Source: Nemertoderma westbladi (Eukaryota > Animalia > Xenacoelomorpha). Taken from it: a stretch of 41,419 bases of DNA. The position numbers and the translations under genes were made by a program. Location: positions 1 to 41,419 of the forward strand of contig JAUCBJ010002347.1 in NCBI GenBank assembly GCA_032718475.1, given 5' to 3'. Under the pieces are notes generated by a model. The model had not been told where the DNA came from. It did not search any database and worked only from the letters and a program-made list of their open reading frames with translations. The stretch's first letter is position 1, and each line of letters opens with the position of its first letter. Positions 10,673-22,025 of this stretch are shown here, in pieces.

Positions 10673-12204
10673 TTCAAATTGTTTCCTACCTACTCCTTTC
10701 AGCCTTTATGATTGTATTACCGTCAGAGCGTAGGGGGGCCTACATATTAAACAGTCTGAGTGAGTATCTGACAATCCACTACTGCACTATGTAAATTCCC
10801 AATAATGGGTGCGTGTTGATTCGCCCCTCCACATTTTTCAGTAGCTCTTAAAAAAAAACTATTTCCTTGATTAGTTTTAAACAGGTAGCAAAGCCAAAAC
10901 CACCAACAGCTGGATAAAATAGCAGTTGCCCTTAAAACAAACAACTAGTCCCTATTTCGGAAGCCCTAAAACAACTAGAGTCACTATCTGGTAACACAGG
11001 GCCAGTGACAGAAATGACAAGCAGCCTTTAAATTGACAAACACTGTGGGGCGAGCCACGAAAGTTGGCGAGCTTAGAATACGGATACCAATCTCAACTTC
11101 GCGTCTATCTGTTGGTCTGCCTGTCGGTTATATTAGTCCGTCTCTTTGAATGCTAATGTAGTAACTCAACGAATCTTTGATGAAATTATACCAAACGTGG
11201 TACACAAGTACTGTATTATGTCAAAGGTTTAGAAAGCTTTCAGAATTTTGGCGTCATGCATTTACATGGTCCACCTCTCAGGGGGCGCTAAATATCAATT
11301 CGAACTTTTGAACCACTTCATATATTTTGAGTGACACATGGATGGTTCCTAAAGTAATTATTAGGTGTTTGCCCTTGGTAGACATTGACATTTAATATAG
11401 TATGTGACAAACGGTCAGAGACCCACAACATCAGCATTGGCCGCTAGGGGGCGTTGACAATTTCACCGCTAGAATTTAAGTTTTTGAATTAAGATTATTA
11501 CATAAACTTGCAGAGTTGCAGAGGAAAGTCACTTTAAGTCCCAATTCACAATACAATACAACTGTATACAAGTACAGACGATTAGGCATCGTTTTAGTAC
11601 AATGAAAGTGAATCAAGAGGAAAGGGTTGCTGTATGGCTGTACTGTAGGTACTGTTTTAATAAAGTGAAAGTGAATTCCTTTATTTAGTTCTTTATTATG
11701 CAGTATATTATCCAATTTATATTGCTATAAAGGTGCAGTTTTTGTCGCAGGCGTCAGTCCTCCGATATCAATGGAGCAAGGTACTCGAGGCAGAGGAGGG
11801 ACGTCTCCAAAACTACTGTGAGGAATACCTCGAAGGCCAGGTTACGACTGAGAAGCTGCTCGCTCCGTGCAGTCGACTGCTTATCAACAGCTAATGAACT
11901 GGTTCGATAAATTTGAGTGATAAACTGATTTAATTATACTATACTTAATAATATGTCTCATTATACGCACATACACACATATATGCAAGTTTAAACATAT
12001 GGCATTAATATAACTAGGTTATATTTCTGTCTAGTAGTTTCTGGCTAGTAACCTTATGGGGGTCGTCCATAAAGGACGACGTCAGAGGGGAGTGTGGGGG
12101 GTAATACCATATAATAATTAATTTATAATTACGCTTAATACTTTTTAGAACTTCAATTTATCACGATAGATTACAGTTGAAATCGTGTTACAAACATTGT
12201 TACA

Positions 12205-12374
12205 TTGTTACAAACACATTTACCCTCAATTACGCATAATATTTTTTAGACCTTTAATCGATTACAATAAATTACAGTAGAAATCTTGTTACAAACACAT
12301 TTACCCTCGATTACGCATAATATTTCTTAGACCTTCAATCTATTGCAATAAATTACAGTAGGCCTAGAAATCTT
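12205..12374. repeat. Tandem duplication, two copies of a ~81-bp unit
   Basis: TTGTTACAAACACATTTACCCTC..ATTACAGTAGAAATC occurs twice. Copy 2 has an extra GGCCTA. Confidence 0.9.
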
Positions 12375-12489
12375 GGTTTTGTTGGCTGTTTCAGCCTCAA
12401 TCCGGGTTTACGATTGTTTGGTTTTCGGGGTCTGTCACAATCCCTTACTATGATTGGCTCATCTATTTCGTCTATCATTACGAACTTCA

Positions 12490-13110
12490 TGCATTCTGAT
12501 GGTGTTTGTTGAATGCTGTTGGTGGGCTTGTTAGTCTGAATGGGTCCATGATAATTTGGGCTGATTTTCTCTTAGTAGTTGGGATGGGGTTAGAGTTAGT
12601 TGTCTTGTCCACTTCATTGATGGTTGCGGGCATTATACAACCTGATGCAGTGTGTTGTATACCGTTTGCGCTGGGGGGATCTGTTGGTCCGTATCGGTCC
12701 ACTGAGAGACAACCCGAATGGTATATGTATTGCGACTGGATCTTGTGATTGGTTTGGTCAATTTACTACGGCGAAATGTGTGTGTCCTGTGGGGAAGGCC
12801 ATACCGAGTATGGTTGTAACTCTTGGTATGTCCAGATTCGGTATTGAGTAATCGATGTTATTGAGATGTTCGAATTGAGCTGTTTCTACTTGTGTTGGTC
12901 TCCTTGCATTGATGTTTATACCTGCTCTGAATCTGTTGCATCTGTTGCAATCTGTGTTTCTCGAGGTATGTTTCTGATATGTTCTACTTCTGGACATATA
13001 TTGTGTGTGTATGTATCCACCACCATTGCAGCTGGATCAATCAATGGATTTTTTCCAGCATATCACACATATCTGATGAAATGACTTGTTGGCATTCTCT
13101 TTTTTGGATC
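12490..13110 (-). pseudogene. Degenerate Cys/His-rich (PHD-like) coding remnant, perhaps a LINE 5' region
   Basis: Broken minus-strand frames give C..ICWKK..GYIHTQ and CRNTYHSGCL. The region is heavily decayed. Confidence 0.3.
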
Positions 13111-13169
13111 GAATCCCAAATTCTTGTGCTACATTGTGCTTGAGTTCCACTTTGAGTAGAACAATCGCT

Positions 13170-13870
13170 GTCTGAAAGAGAACGGAGCTTCTATTTTCTA
13201 GTTCTACAGTTTCTAGTGATGGCTTTTTCTCCCCACGCAATCGATTCCATCTCATCTTCATTATCTTTTCTTTATTTTCTTTAACGTGCTCTTTTTTAGA
13301 AAGCATCTTATCAACCCCGCCCATTGTGCAGGCCTTCCCTACTTTTGATGCGATTCACGAAAGAGGTGGTCCTCTTTATGTTTGATTAAATCTATGGAAT
13401 CAGCATGTGCTACATCAAACAACTCTACTTCTTCTTCAAAGCCTTCCTTTCTTGGAAGAGTCTCTCAACTTTTTTATTGAAGCTCTTGCTATAATCTAAT
13501 ATTTCAATATCTCTTGGTACTATCATTTGATTGATCGATTGATGAGTTGTGCCAGGTTTAACCTTTTGTGTGATATCTCAATCTTACTAGCTCAACCTTT
13601 GCTTGTATCTACACCCATAAATTGATGATTGCGGTTCAAATAAGCCCAAAATCTTGTATGACCTTATGATAAATAACTCTGTATGACCGCTAGAAGTCTT
13701 CATATCTGCAGACGCCAAATTCTTAGCGCGCCATAAATTGGGAACCTCATTCTCAACTTCAGGGTATTTAAGCTACCTCTAATATATGTTGTACATGTAC
13801 ATACTTAAAATTTGGAATCATGAGAGTTCAGAGGTGATAAATTCCATCCTTTCAAAATAAGGACCACTCG
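13170..13870 (-). mobile_element. 5' fragment of a hATm-like transposase gene with a possible element end
   Basis: Minus-strand pieces read SIKKVERLFQE..ELFDVAHADSIDLIKHKED..GR..MGGVDKMLSKKE. This matches the LFDIAH..IKIEED..GR.G.M.GVD pattern I associate with the hATm N-terminus. Confidence 0.55.
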
Positions 13871-13879
13871 GCGTACTAT

Positions 13880-14310
13880 TGATTAATCTAATCAAGTTTT
13901 TATCAGAGTGCTACATGCTTGTGTCATGCAGATTAGATGCCTGTATACTGAAATTGGTTCCGAAGCAATTTTATTAGCTGAATTGGTATTATATTATTAG
14001 TTTCCAATAGCTGTGACAAGTGATATTCAACTTCTACTGGCACAATTTCAACCATATAAATGAATTTGATTTACCATGTTTGATATACTAAGTTGGACTA
14101 CGGCCTGATTTCACATGCTTGAACTGAGCAGCAATATTTGCCCCTACAGTAGAAAAATGTTGAATAAAAGCAGTTGCAATATCATATGGGTCTGTGAGAA
14201 CATTAATAGACTGCTCAAGATTTTAAATGCTTAATCTTTTCGGATATTTATTTTTATTTCTCGATTCAATGCTATAATGATTGTGTCCCAGGTTTTCCCA
14301 ATAGCTATGA
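13880..14310 (-). mobile_element. CR1/L2-group LINE ORF2 fragment (tether region)
   Basis: The minus strand encodes VLTDPYDIATAFIQHFSTVGANIAAQ, followed by a degraded start of the RT domain. Confidence 0.65.
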
Positions 14311-14933
14311 GGCCGATATGTCATTTCTTTGACAAACAATACAATTGTTCGCTAATTTAAGGCGGGTTTCTGGCACGGTTTCTGTCGGGTTTTAGCTGAA
14401 ATTTATACAAATTGTGCTGTATTGGCTCAATTGTGACAGCTAAACGGCGGCATTTAACTGGCAGTCGGTAATTCACCATTGTCCTAGCTTTATACGTAGT
14501 TGGTTAGTTAACACAACTTGTTGGCTACAGCGCCGGAGGTATTATAAAACTGGAGCGGCAGGCGATCGTGTGAAATATAATATTTATAAAAAGGGACGAA
14601 AATTTTTTTTTTTTAACAAATCGCTATTCCATTATAATTTAGCGTATTGCGCCAAAAGTACCTGTAAAAAGTATCAAATTAACTCCGCTATCTTTTATCT
14701 TAACATATATAATTAAAATTACGAATTTTAAGGGTCGAAAAATATCGCGTTATTTTGGCCCTTTTTTTTAATTTTTTTGGGGCCAAAAATAACCCCTTCT
14801 CAAAAGATTAAGAAAAAAATTACGGCAAAGAATATACCAATTTTATTGAATTTGGACCACCAGAACCGAAGTTAGAGCGATTTTAGTGAAAAAATTAAAA
14901 TAATTTTTTTTGCAAAAAAATTAAGAATGGTCA

Positions 14934-15006
14934 GGTCAATATTGGATTTCGAACCCGCGAACTTAGGTTTCATTAACGTGATTGATAACCACTAGACTAT
15001 GTGACC
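14934..15006 (-). pseudogene. tRNA-derived sequence (pseudogene or SINE head)
   Basis: 73 nt: GGTCACA-TAGTCTAGTGG (A box) ... GGTTCGAAATCC (B box-like) ... TTGACC. The acceptor stem partly pairs and the anticodon stem does not. Confidence 0.6.
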
Positions 15007-16703
15007 AAGAGAATTTGAAATTTTCGAGTGACTATTTTTAAACATAAATAACTTCGGTTCTACAGGGCCGTTTAATCTGAAACTTTTTTCATTGGATAGA
15101 GGATAGATTGTAGTGTGTGAAATAGGATAAAACTTGGGAAAAGACTTATGTGCACTTAGTGCAAAATGCACTTAAATAGTGAACATTTTTTCGATATTTC
15201 AAACACTATTATTTCCAGTTCTATTCATCGTAGAATGTTATTTTTTGGATTAAAATGTAGGTTGGAATGATTTCTAACTATAATCGTAACATTTGTTTAA
15301 CTTTTTATGTCTATAAAGTGACTTAAAATGTCCATGAATATGGTCCAAAATCGCAAATCCAGATTTATTAAATTGGATTTTTGACACTTTTAGCGACTGA
15401 CACTTGATCATACACCATCGTAGATCGGTAGAGGAGAAACATAAGTTTGTTAAATAAGAGCCACCATTACGATCTGCTAAAGTGCATTTGTACAAATAAG
15501 TGTGCAAAAGTGCAAATTTTTTAATAAGGTCAAATTATATAGTATTGGGTTATTTTCTTTGCAGATACTTTATTTTCATATTAATATGTTGTTTGAACCT
15601 TACTGAGCGCATTAGGGGATATGCGTACAAATAACCGACCCTTATGAGGCTTCGATTGGGTAAATTAATAAAACATAAGGTTGTATAGTATAATATTCTA
15701 AAAACCAGTGTGATATTAAATGCACTTTAAATATTAAATAGAAATCAAATAACAATTGGACCACACAATTAAAAACTCGCACAATTTTGTACTTATTAAT
15801 TATATCGCTTCAAATTAATTCAACAGTGGATATTTGGGGGAAGGGGGAAGTTACAGTGTGCATTCGGGGGAAGTTTGGTGAACTGCATTTATGCAGTGAA
15901 TCCAAACTTCCCCATTTGATATATCATATACTTAAGACATGCTAGGGTGACGGGGAAATATTTGTTACTGTCACACTTTGCTTCCATTTATCCTATCCTT
16001 TATTATTACCCCAGTCAGATAAGAGATAATAAATCAGTAAAAACTAAACTAAACTGTCTTTCATGCAAACAAATTTGTAACTAAAGACGGGTGAATGACC
16101 ATGACCATGGAAATAATTTTAAATATAATTGTATTTTGGGGAGGCTTCCAAGTTAAACCCGAAAACAATTATTTTGTTACATAGTAAATAACGTTGTATG
16201 TTCTTCTTCCTCTCATAATAAAATATAAATGAAATATCTCAGATCGCTATGCCCTGTAACATTTCACAACCAAAATATTTAAGTGTGAAAAGTGTAGGCC
16301 TACCACACTCCGCCCAAACAACCGCAAACGCATAGCCAACAAATTTAACAAAAGGTTACGTACATGTTGGGTTCATGACGAGATGAGTGAAAATTGATCG
16401 CGTAATATAAAGTAAAAAATTAAGAGACGGGCTGGCTCTCCTCCACTTTCTTACCCAATGGATATGTTGTTGTAATAATCTAATATTGGGGCGGCTTTTT
16501 CTCGTTGGCTACATTGAGGTGGCTTCTAGCGGGAATTATATTGACATCATTGTACTGTACATATTTACATTGTAGTTGGTTATTTTACTGTGATATTCAA
16601 TATTCATCCGTTGTCTTGTAAATATCAGTATCGGACAGCCAATTGTTTATTATTATAGGCCAGTCTCAGTCAGTCATTCAAGGGGTAAATCTTTACGATA
16701 TAT

Positions 16704-16744
16704 TCGTAGCCTACTCGTAGCCTACTCGTAGCCTACTCGTAGCC
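16704..16744. repeat. 11-bp tandem repeat (TCGTAGCCTAC), ~3.7 copies
   Basis: Read directly from the sequence. Confidence 0.9.
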
Positions 16745-19700
16745 ACGCAGTAGTTCTAGCTCATTCCGTGGCAGAGATAGTTAAGAATATCGTTTTGAGT
16801 ATATTTCAAGGGGGAAGCCATTACTAAATTCAACTTTAGTAATTGCGATGGACGCAATCGATTGCATCAAACTGAAAAGTAAACGATAACTCGTGAAATC
16901 AATCAATAGTAAGTTAGTACCAGGAGTCCAAAATTATTTATATAATTATCAGTAAGAAAGGATTATATACAATAAAACGAATTGCCGAAGAGTGTCATTT
17001 CAGATATTTCTAATGAATTGTCTTCGAATGATTGAAATTAAGTTTAGCTATTATATTATTCGTTTAAATTTAATAATTTATTATTGATCGAATAATATTA
17101 ATTTCTTAGGTGTTGCAGTAGCGAACTTTTCAGTGCCGGACAGAGTGAGATAAAGAAGAATATTGTTCAAGAGGGAGTTTTATTCCCAAATTTAAAACTT
17201 TATAGGCCTATGTTTTATTATTTATGTTTCCCCGGTGGTACCCAACCTCATGATGGACCTAATGAAATTTCTGTGGATTAAATGTACAAGATAAACCACC
17301 GGAATAAAGGCCACGCTAATATTATAAAAAATAAATAATATACAATATAATAATATATATTAATATATATTATATATTATAAATTTTATAAAAAAAATAA
17401 AATTTTCTGCAATAATATAAAAAAATATCATATATCATATTAGGTAATTGAGATAGCGGGTGGTGGTAGCGGTACCCAACCTGATGATGGAACTTATGCA
17501 ATTTCCGAATCTGTTGTTGGAAGTTCTCGAATAAACAGTTATCAGCTATCCAATCCATCCGCCCTTTCTGGTTCAGTCAGGGAGCTCTCACCCTACTGAT
17601 GATACACCAACTGAACCAACAACTTCTGGTGATGCATTCAGTAAGTATATGGCCAATACTATGGATCGTGCTCTTTGCATAACATCAGGTTAATCTGCAC
17701 CAATCTGAATGGCATGATATAAGCTGGGTTATCTACGGAACTGAGAGGCATCGATTGATGGGTCAAATAAAAAGATTTGCCTCAGTGACCCAGTGGCACA
17801 GTTCCATAAAGCATTTGTGACTTACCGCTTAGATGATAATGATAGAGACGAATTGGATATTGACGAAGGGTGGACGAGGACGGACTCTCACTTGAATTCT
17901 TGATTAAGGCAGTAGTGGATCAAACAAGCATTATTGGTAATTACTTTACAATGGTATAAATAATATAATTTTTTACTTGACATTGAACTTTAGGCCTACA
18001 GTATGGTAATCTACCAATATGGTACGTTTTAAGTCAGTTCTGGTTTTATTCCTTGTAAAACTATCTACGCACGCCTAATGGAAATGGCGTGTTCAATTAT
18101 CGTCTATAGCTTATTTAACCATGGACCTGCAATTCCCTTAACCAAAAGTGTGTATTATGCATCTTCATGACTCAAACTAAAAAATCAAGGCCTCTCAAGA
18201 TGACCTGTCATTGACATTATACATAATTTCTCAGTGAAAATGCCTGCAAAGTGTCAGGCCTCATGTAATACAAGTACAATGATTGTGCAATTGCAATCTA
18301 ACATTGTTATTAGGTACCCCTGCTGCCAGGTGCAGGTCGCAGCGAAGTGCACTCAGATTGGACATGAGAACACTCTACTCCTGACCGACCAGCCATTGGT
18401 GGTTCACCATCTGCCTGGTCAGGCCATATACCACTGCTGCCAAGTATATGGGTCCTTAATCCAGGATCAAGGGCGTCCCTATCCCAGAACGAAGTTGGTC
18501 ATAGTTACAGGTAAGAGTAAGAGCAAGAGGGTCTATGCAGCCACAGATGGCACCTACTTTATGTTGCATGGAGGTGGAAAGTTTTCTTGATCAATGACCT
18601 ATAATACCTGACCTGACTCCAAGATTTTGGCTTGGGCCCTGGGCCTCCCACAACCTACACACGGCCCTGGATGGTCTAAGGACATACGTAGAACATATTC
18701 AACAACAGTGGAGTATTTAGCTGTGCAATGTACCCAAAAACACTTTTTTAATAAGGTAGTCCCGTGCCCAGGTCACCGGGGTAATCATAATGGTGGGGGA
18801 ATTTGATCTTTTTCAGGTGACACAAATTAAAGTTATACCAAATATTTCGGCCTACAGGCCTTTATCAATGGATAGGTATTATTAATGCACGTAAAACACA
18901 CCAACGTACCGACAAGAAGGAGTACCGGTAAGTCCTGACGAATGATAGGCTCCAATAATACGTACAGTAGATAACTAATTAAATAAATAATATCTGTCAG
19001 GGGGGGGGGGGGGGGGACTGGTATCTGGGTATTATTTAACATGAAAATATAAAAATGTATAAAATTAGCACCAAATTATAGATTGTACAGTATACGTAAA
19101 TGTCATTTGGGGGGGGGGGGGGGGGGGAATGTTTCAAACATGACTTTCAAACCTGAAACATAAGTAATGTAAACTGAGAAGTTCTTGTGTTGTACGTACA
19201 TGCTGTACATGTGCATTATATATAACAACAAAACTATTGAAATCCTGTATGAGTTTGGATTCTAAATGACTAATATTGTCTATTTGATTATTTTTAATAA
19301 CTCGATAGATAAAATTAGCATTCTTGTATTGTTTAGCGTAATTTATTTATTTCGAACATCTTCCAGACTGATAATAAATTTCAAACTACAGTAACATTTC
19401 AACTACCTATTTACACAAATTTATCACAAATCATCATCATAATATTCACCTAATTTTCGCTTCAAATTTGATGGATTCCAATTTTCTGAAAATAGTTGAC
19501 ATGTTCTGACTATATGAGCATAATATTATTAGAAGTTCATACATAGTAGAGTTGCAACAATCCAAATGGTCTGAACAATAATATATTTATTGTCTTACTG
19601 TAACTGAGATTATGTCAAATAATATTATTATATAACTACTATATGTGAAAATATCAATAAACCAACTAATATAGACAACCCAGTTTGTGACATTTGAACA

Positions 19701-20791
19701 AAAATGAATAAAAAAAGCTTGACTCTAATTAGTATTGAAAAAAGTTGATAATCCGTTCAGTTTACATTCAGTAGCTATAGAGCTAATTGGCTGTATTGTA
19801 TTGTATGGGTGAGCACTTGGCAAAATTGTTGTCAAGACAACAGTATTATATATCTCAAAAGAATTACCCATTTCGAAAACTTTAGTTCCTGTCAAAATTG
19901 TTTCATTCAACGTGTATTTAACACTTATCAGACTTCATATGTATGTCTTTCTCAACACTGTTAAGCATGTTAAGTATGTCACAGTGGGTAATAATATACT
20001 ATTCCACAAATACTAAATATGCTTACCAGACTGACAAAAAATGTCAAACTACATTAAAATTTTAACTACTTTCTTACACTTGGTTATCACACACTATATA
20101 ATTTTCATTTGATAATTTTTCAATTTCAATATAATAATTGTATAAATAGTAAATATATAAATAATATAATAAAATATAAATAATATAAATATAATTTAAT
20201 ATTTCAAATCAATTCCAAAAACGAAGCTTAAAGAAATCGATGGATCACTGTTTCTGAATAGTAGGTACACAAATTGACCTTTTATAAAATCAACTTTCTT
20301 TCATGGTTATTATTCAGGTGCAGCTATTACTCATAATCCTGATCGGGGGATATTATTTATTTGGGTGTGTGATAATTAATTCAATATAGGGAGACAATTG
20401 TCACCTTCTCTGACTCTCTGTTGTCACCCTTTTGGCATTTTCTGATACTTAGAGAACAACTGTCTTGCTTGTGCTGCTAACTGAAACACATCTGAGTTGA
20501 ATATTAATTTTTATGAAATAGAAAGTGCAACAAAAATTTATATATTTATATAAAAAACTAAGTATTATTTAATTAATTAATTATAATTATAATATTTAAT
20601 TATTAATTAATTCATTCATGAATTTCGGTTTGTTAGCAGTGATGGCTCATACTGATATAAAAATACCAGTACAAGTTCTACCTGATTTTACTAGTGCATA
20701 AATCATACTGGTAACTATTTTCTATTAAGCAATGGAATTTCCAACTGGATCCAAAGTTGTATTTGGATGAAAGGTTTGAGGACACTTCCCT

Positions 20792-21003
20792 ATTATCATA
20801 GCGGTAGCATATTTTATTACAAAGAAATGATATTACAGTTGACATACTTGAGGCATCGACAGACTATACTACAAAATCGATATTTGAATTTTTTCCCATT
20901 ATCATAGCGGTAGCATATTTTATTACAAAGAAATGATATTACAGTTGACATACTTGAGGCATCGACAGACTATACTACAAAATCGATATTTGAATTTTTT
21001 CCC
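20792..21003. repeat. Perfect 106-bp tandem duplication
   Basis: 20792-20897 and 20898-21003 are identical (ATTATCATAGCGGTAGC...GAATTTTTTCCC). Confidence 0.92.
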
Positions 21004-21091
21004 ATATTCTATTATTATAAGTTTATTTAAATTATTTTTCTATTATTTCAAATTTATAAAAAATGTGTATATATTTCAAATTTCTATTTAG

Positions 21092-21375
21092 GCTCTTCAA
21101 AGAAGTTCACGGGTGAGGATAAGTTTATAGAGACACCTATTGGAACATCGCTGGAGTCTTCCTTGCGTAATTCGGCCGATGTCCTCCCTCCACCACCACC
21201 AAAGAAGATCCGCAGGGAGGAGGCAGCCGCCCTTAATGTGTCTCCAGCAGAGAAAACAAATATGGATCTGCGCCAGTTACAGTTAAAGGTACTAAAGTCG
21301 CAGATAGAAGCCAACCAGTCCACTATAGAACTAATAAAGCAGTGGTCAGTGCCTGTGAAGATATCCAGCAGTTAG
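21092..21375 (+). pseudogene. Terminal exon-like segment, probably the C-terminus of a Harbinger Myb/SANT-type accessory gene
   Basis: The acceptor TTTCTATTTAG precedes an open frame with an NLS-like PPKKIRR and a coiled-coil-like DLRQLQLKVLKSQIE. It is convergent with the Harbinger nuclease once the provirus is removed. The Myb domain itself is not seen. Confidence 0.45.
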
Positions 21376-21705
21376 TTGGTCGGCTCGAGTTGCTTGATAC
21401 TATCATTCAATCGCGCCAGACAATTACTCATATCGAGCCAGAAATCTATCATATCAACAGTGATGGGGATATCATCCGCAATTTGTAATACAGTTACCCT
21501 GCTGTTTTCAATGCTCACTGTATTTTATATTATAAAATTAAACTTTATTATTTATTTTATATATTATTATTCACAATTACACACTGTCTAACTAGTTGCT
21601 GGGTGACTGTATAAAAAATAGGGAAGTCAATTTACAGAGTTTATGACATTGGGCCCACATATTTCTTGATAACTAGACTGTTTACTATTCGTGGCGTAGC
21701 AACAT

Positions 21706-22011
21706 TGTAATATCAACTACTTGGAATTCATATAAACAGTTCTCTATTTCCAATTTCTAATTCAAACAACCAGATACATATAATAATCAGTTTATTACAG
21801 AATCGAATCTCAATACAACATAACAAACAACAATCCGTTAACACAGTACAACACTTTATCCGGTACCGGTCCTATACCTAATCTCTCAGTTCCCTTTCCT
21901 ACCGTCCTACCGTACCGGTCTCCCCCTCTTCTCTCTCTTCAAACTTCCCGCCAACACTTCTCCCCCACTCTCTTACATATTGACACAATTGTAACCAATC
22001 ATTACATTACA
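21706..22011 (-). repeat. 3' LTR (306 bp)
   Basis: TGTAAT...ATTACA next to the PPT. By eye it differs from the 5' LTR by 6 substitutions and a 4-bp indel. Confidence 0.95.
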
Positions 22012-22025
22012 TCTCCCCCTACAAT

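Noticed and set aside
14934-15006. Functional tRNA gene
   Set aside because: The anticodon stem does not pair, and the T and acceptor stems are imperfect.
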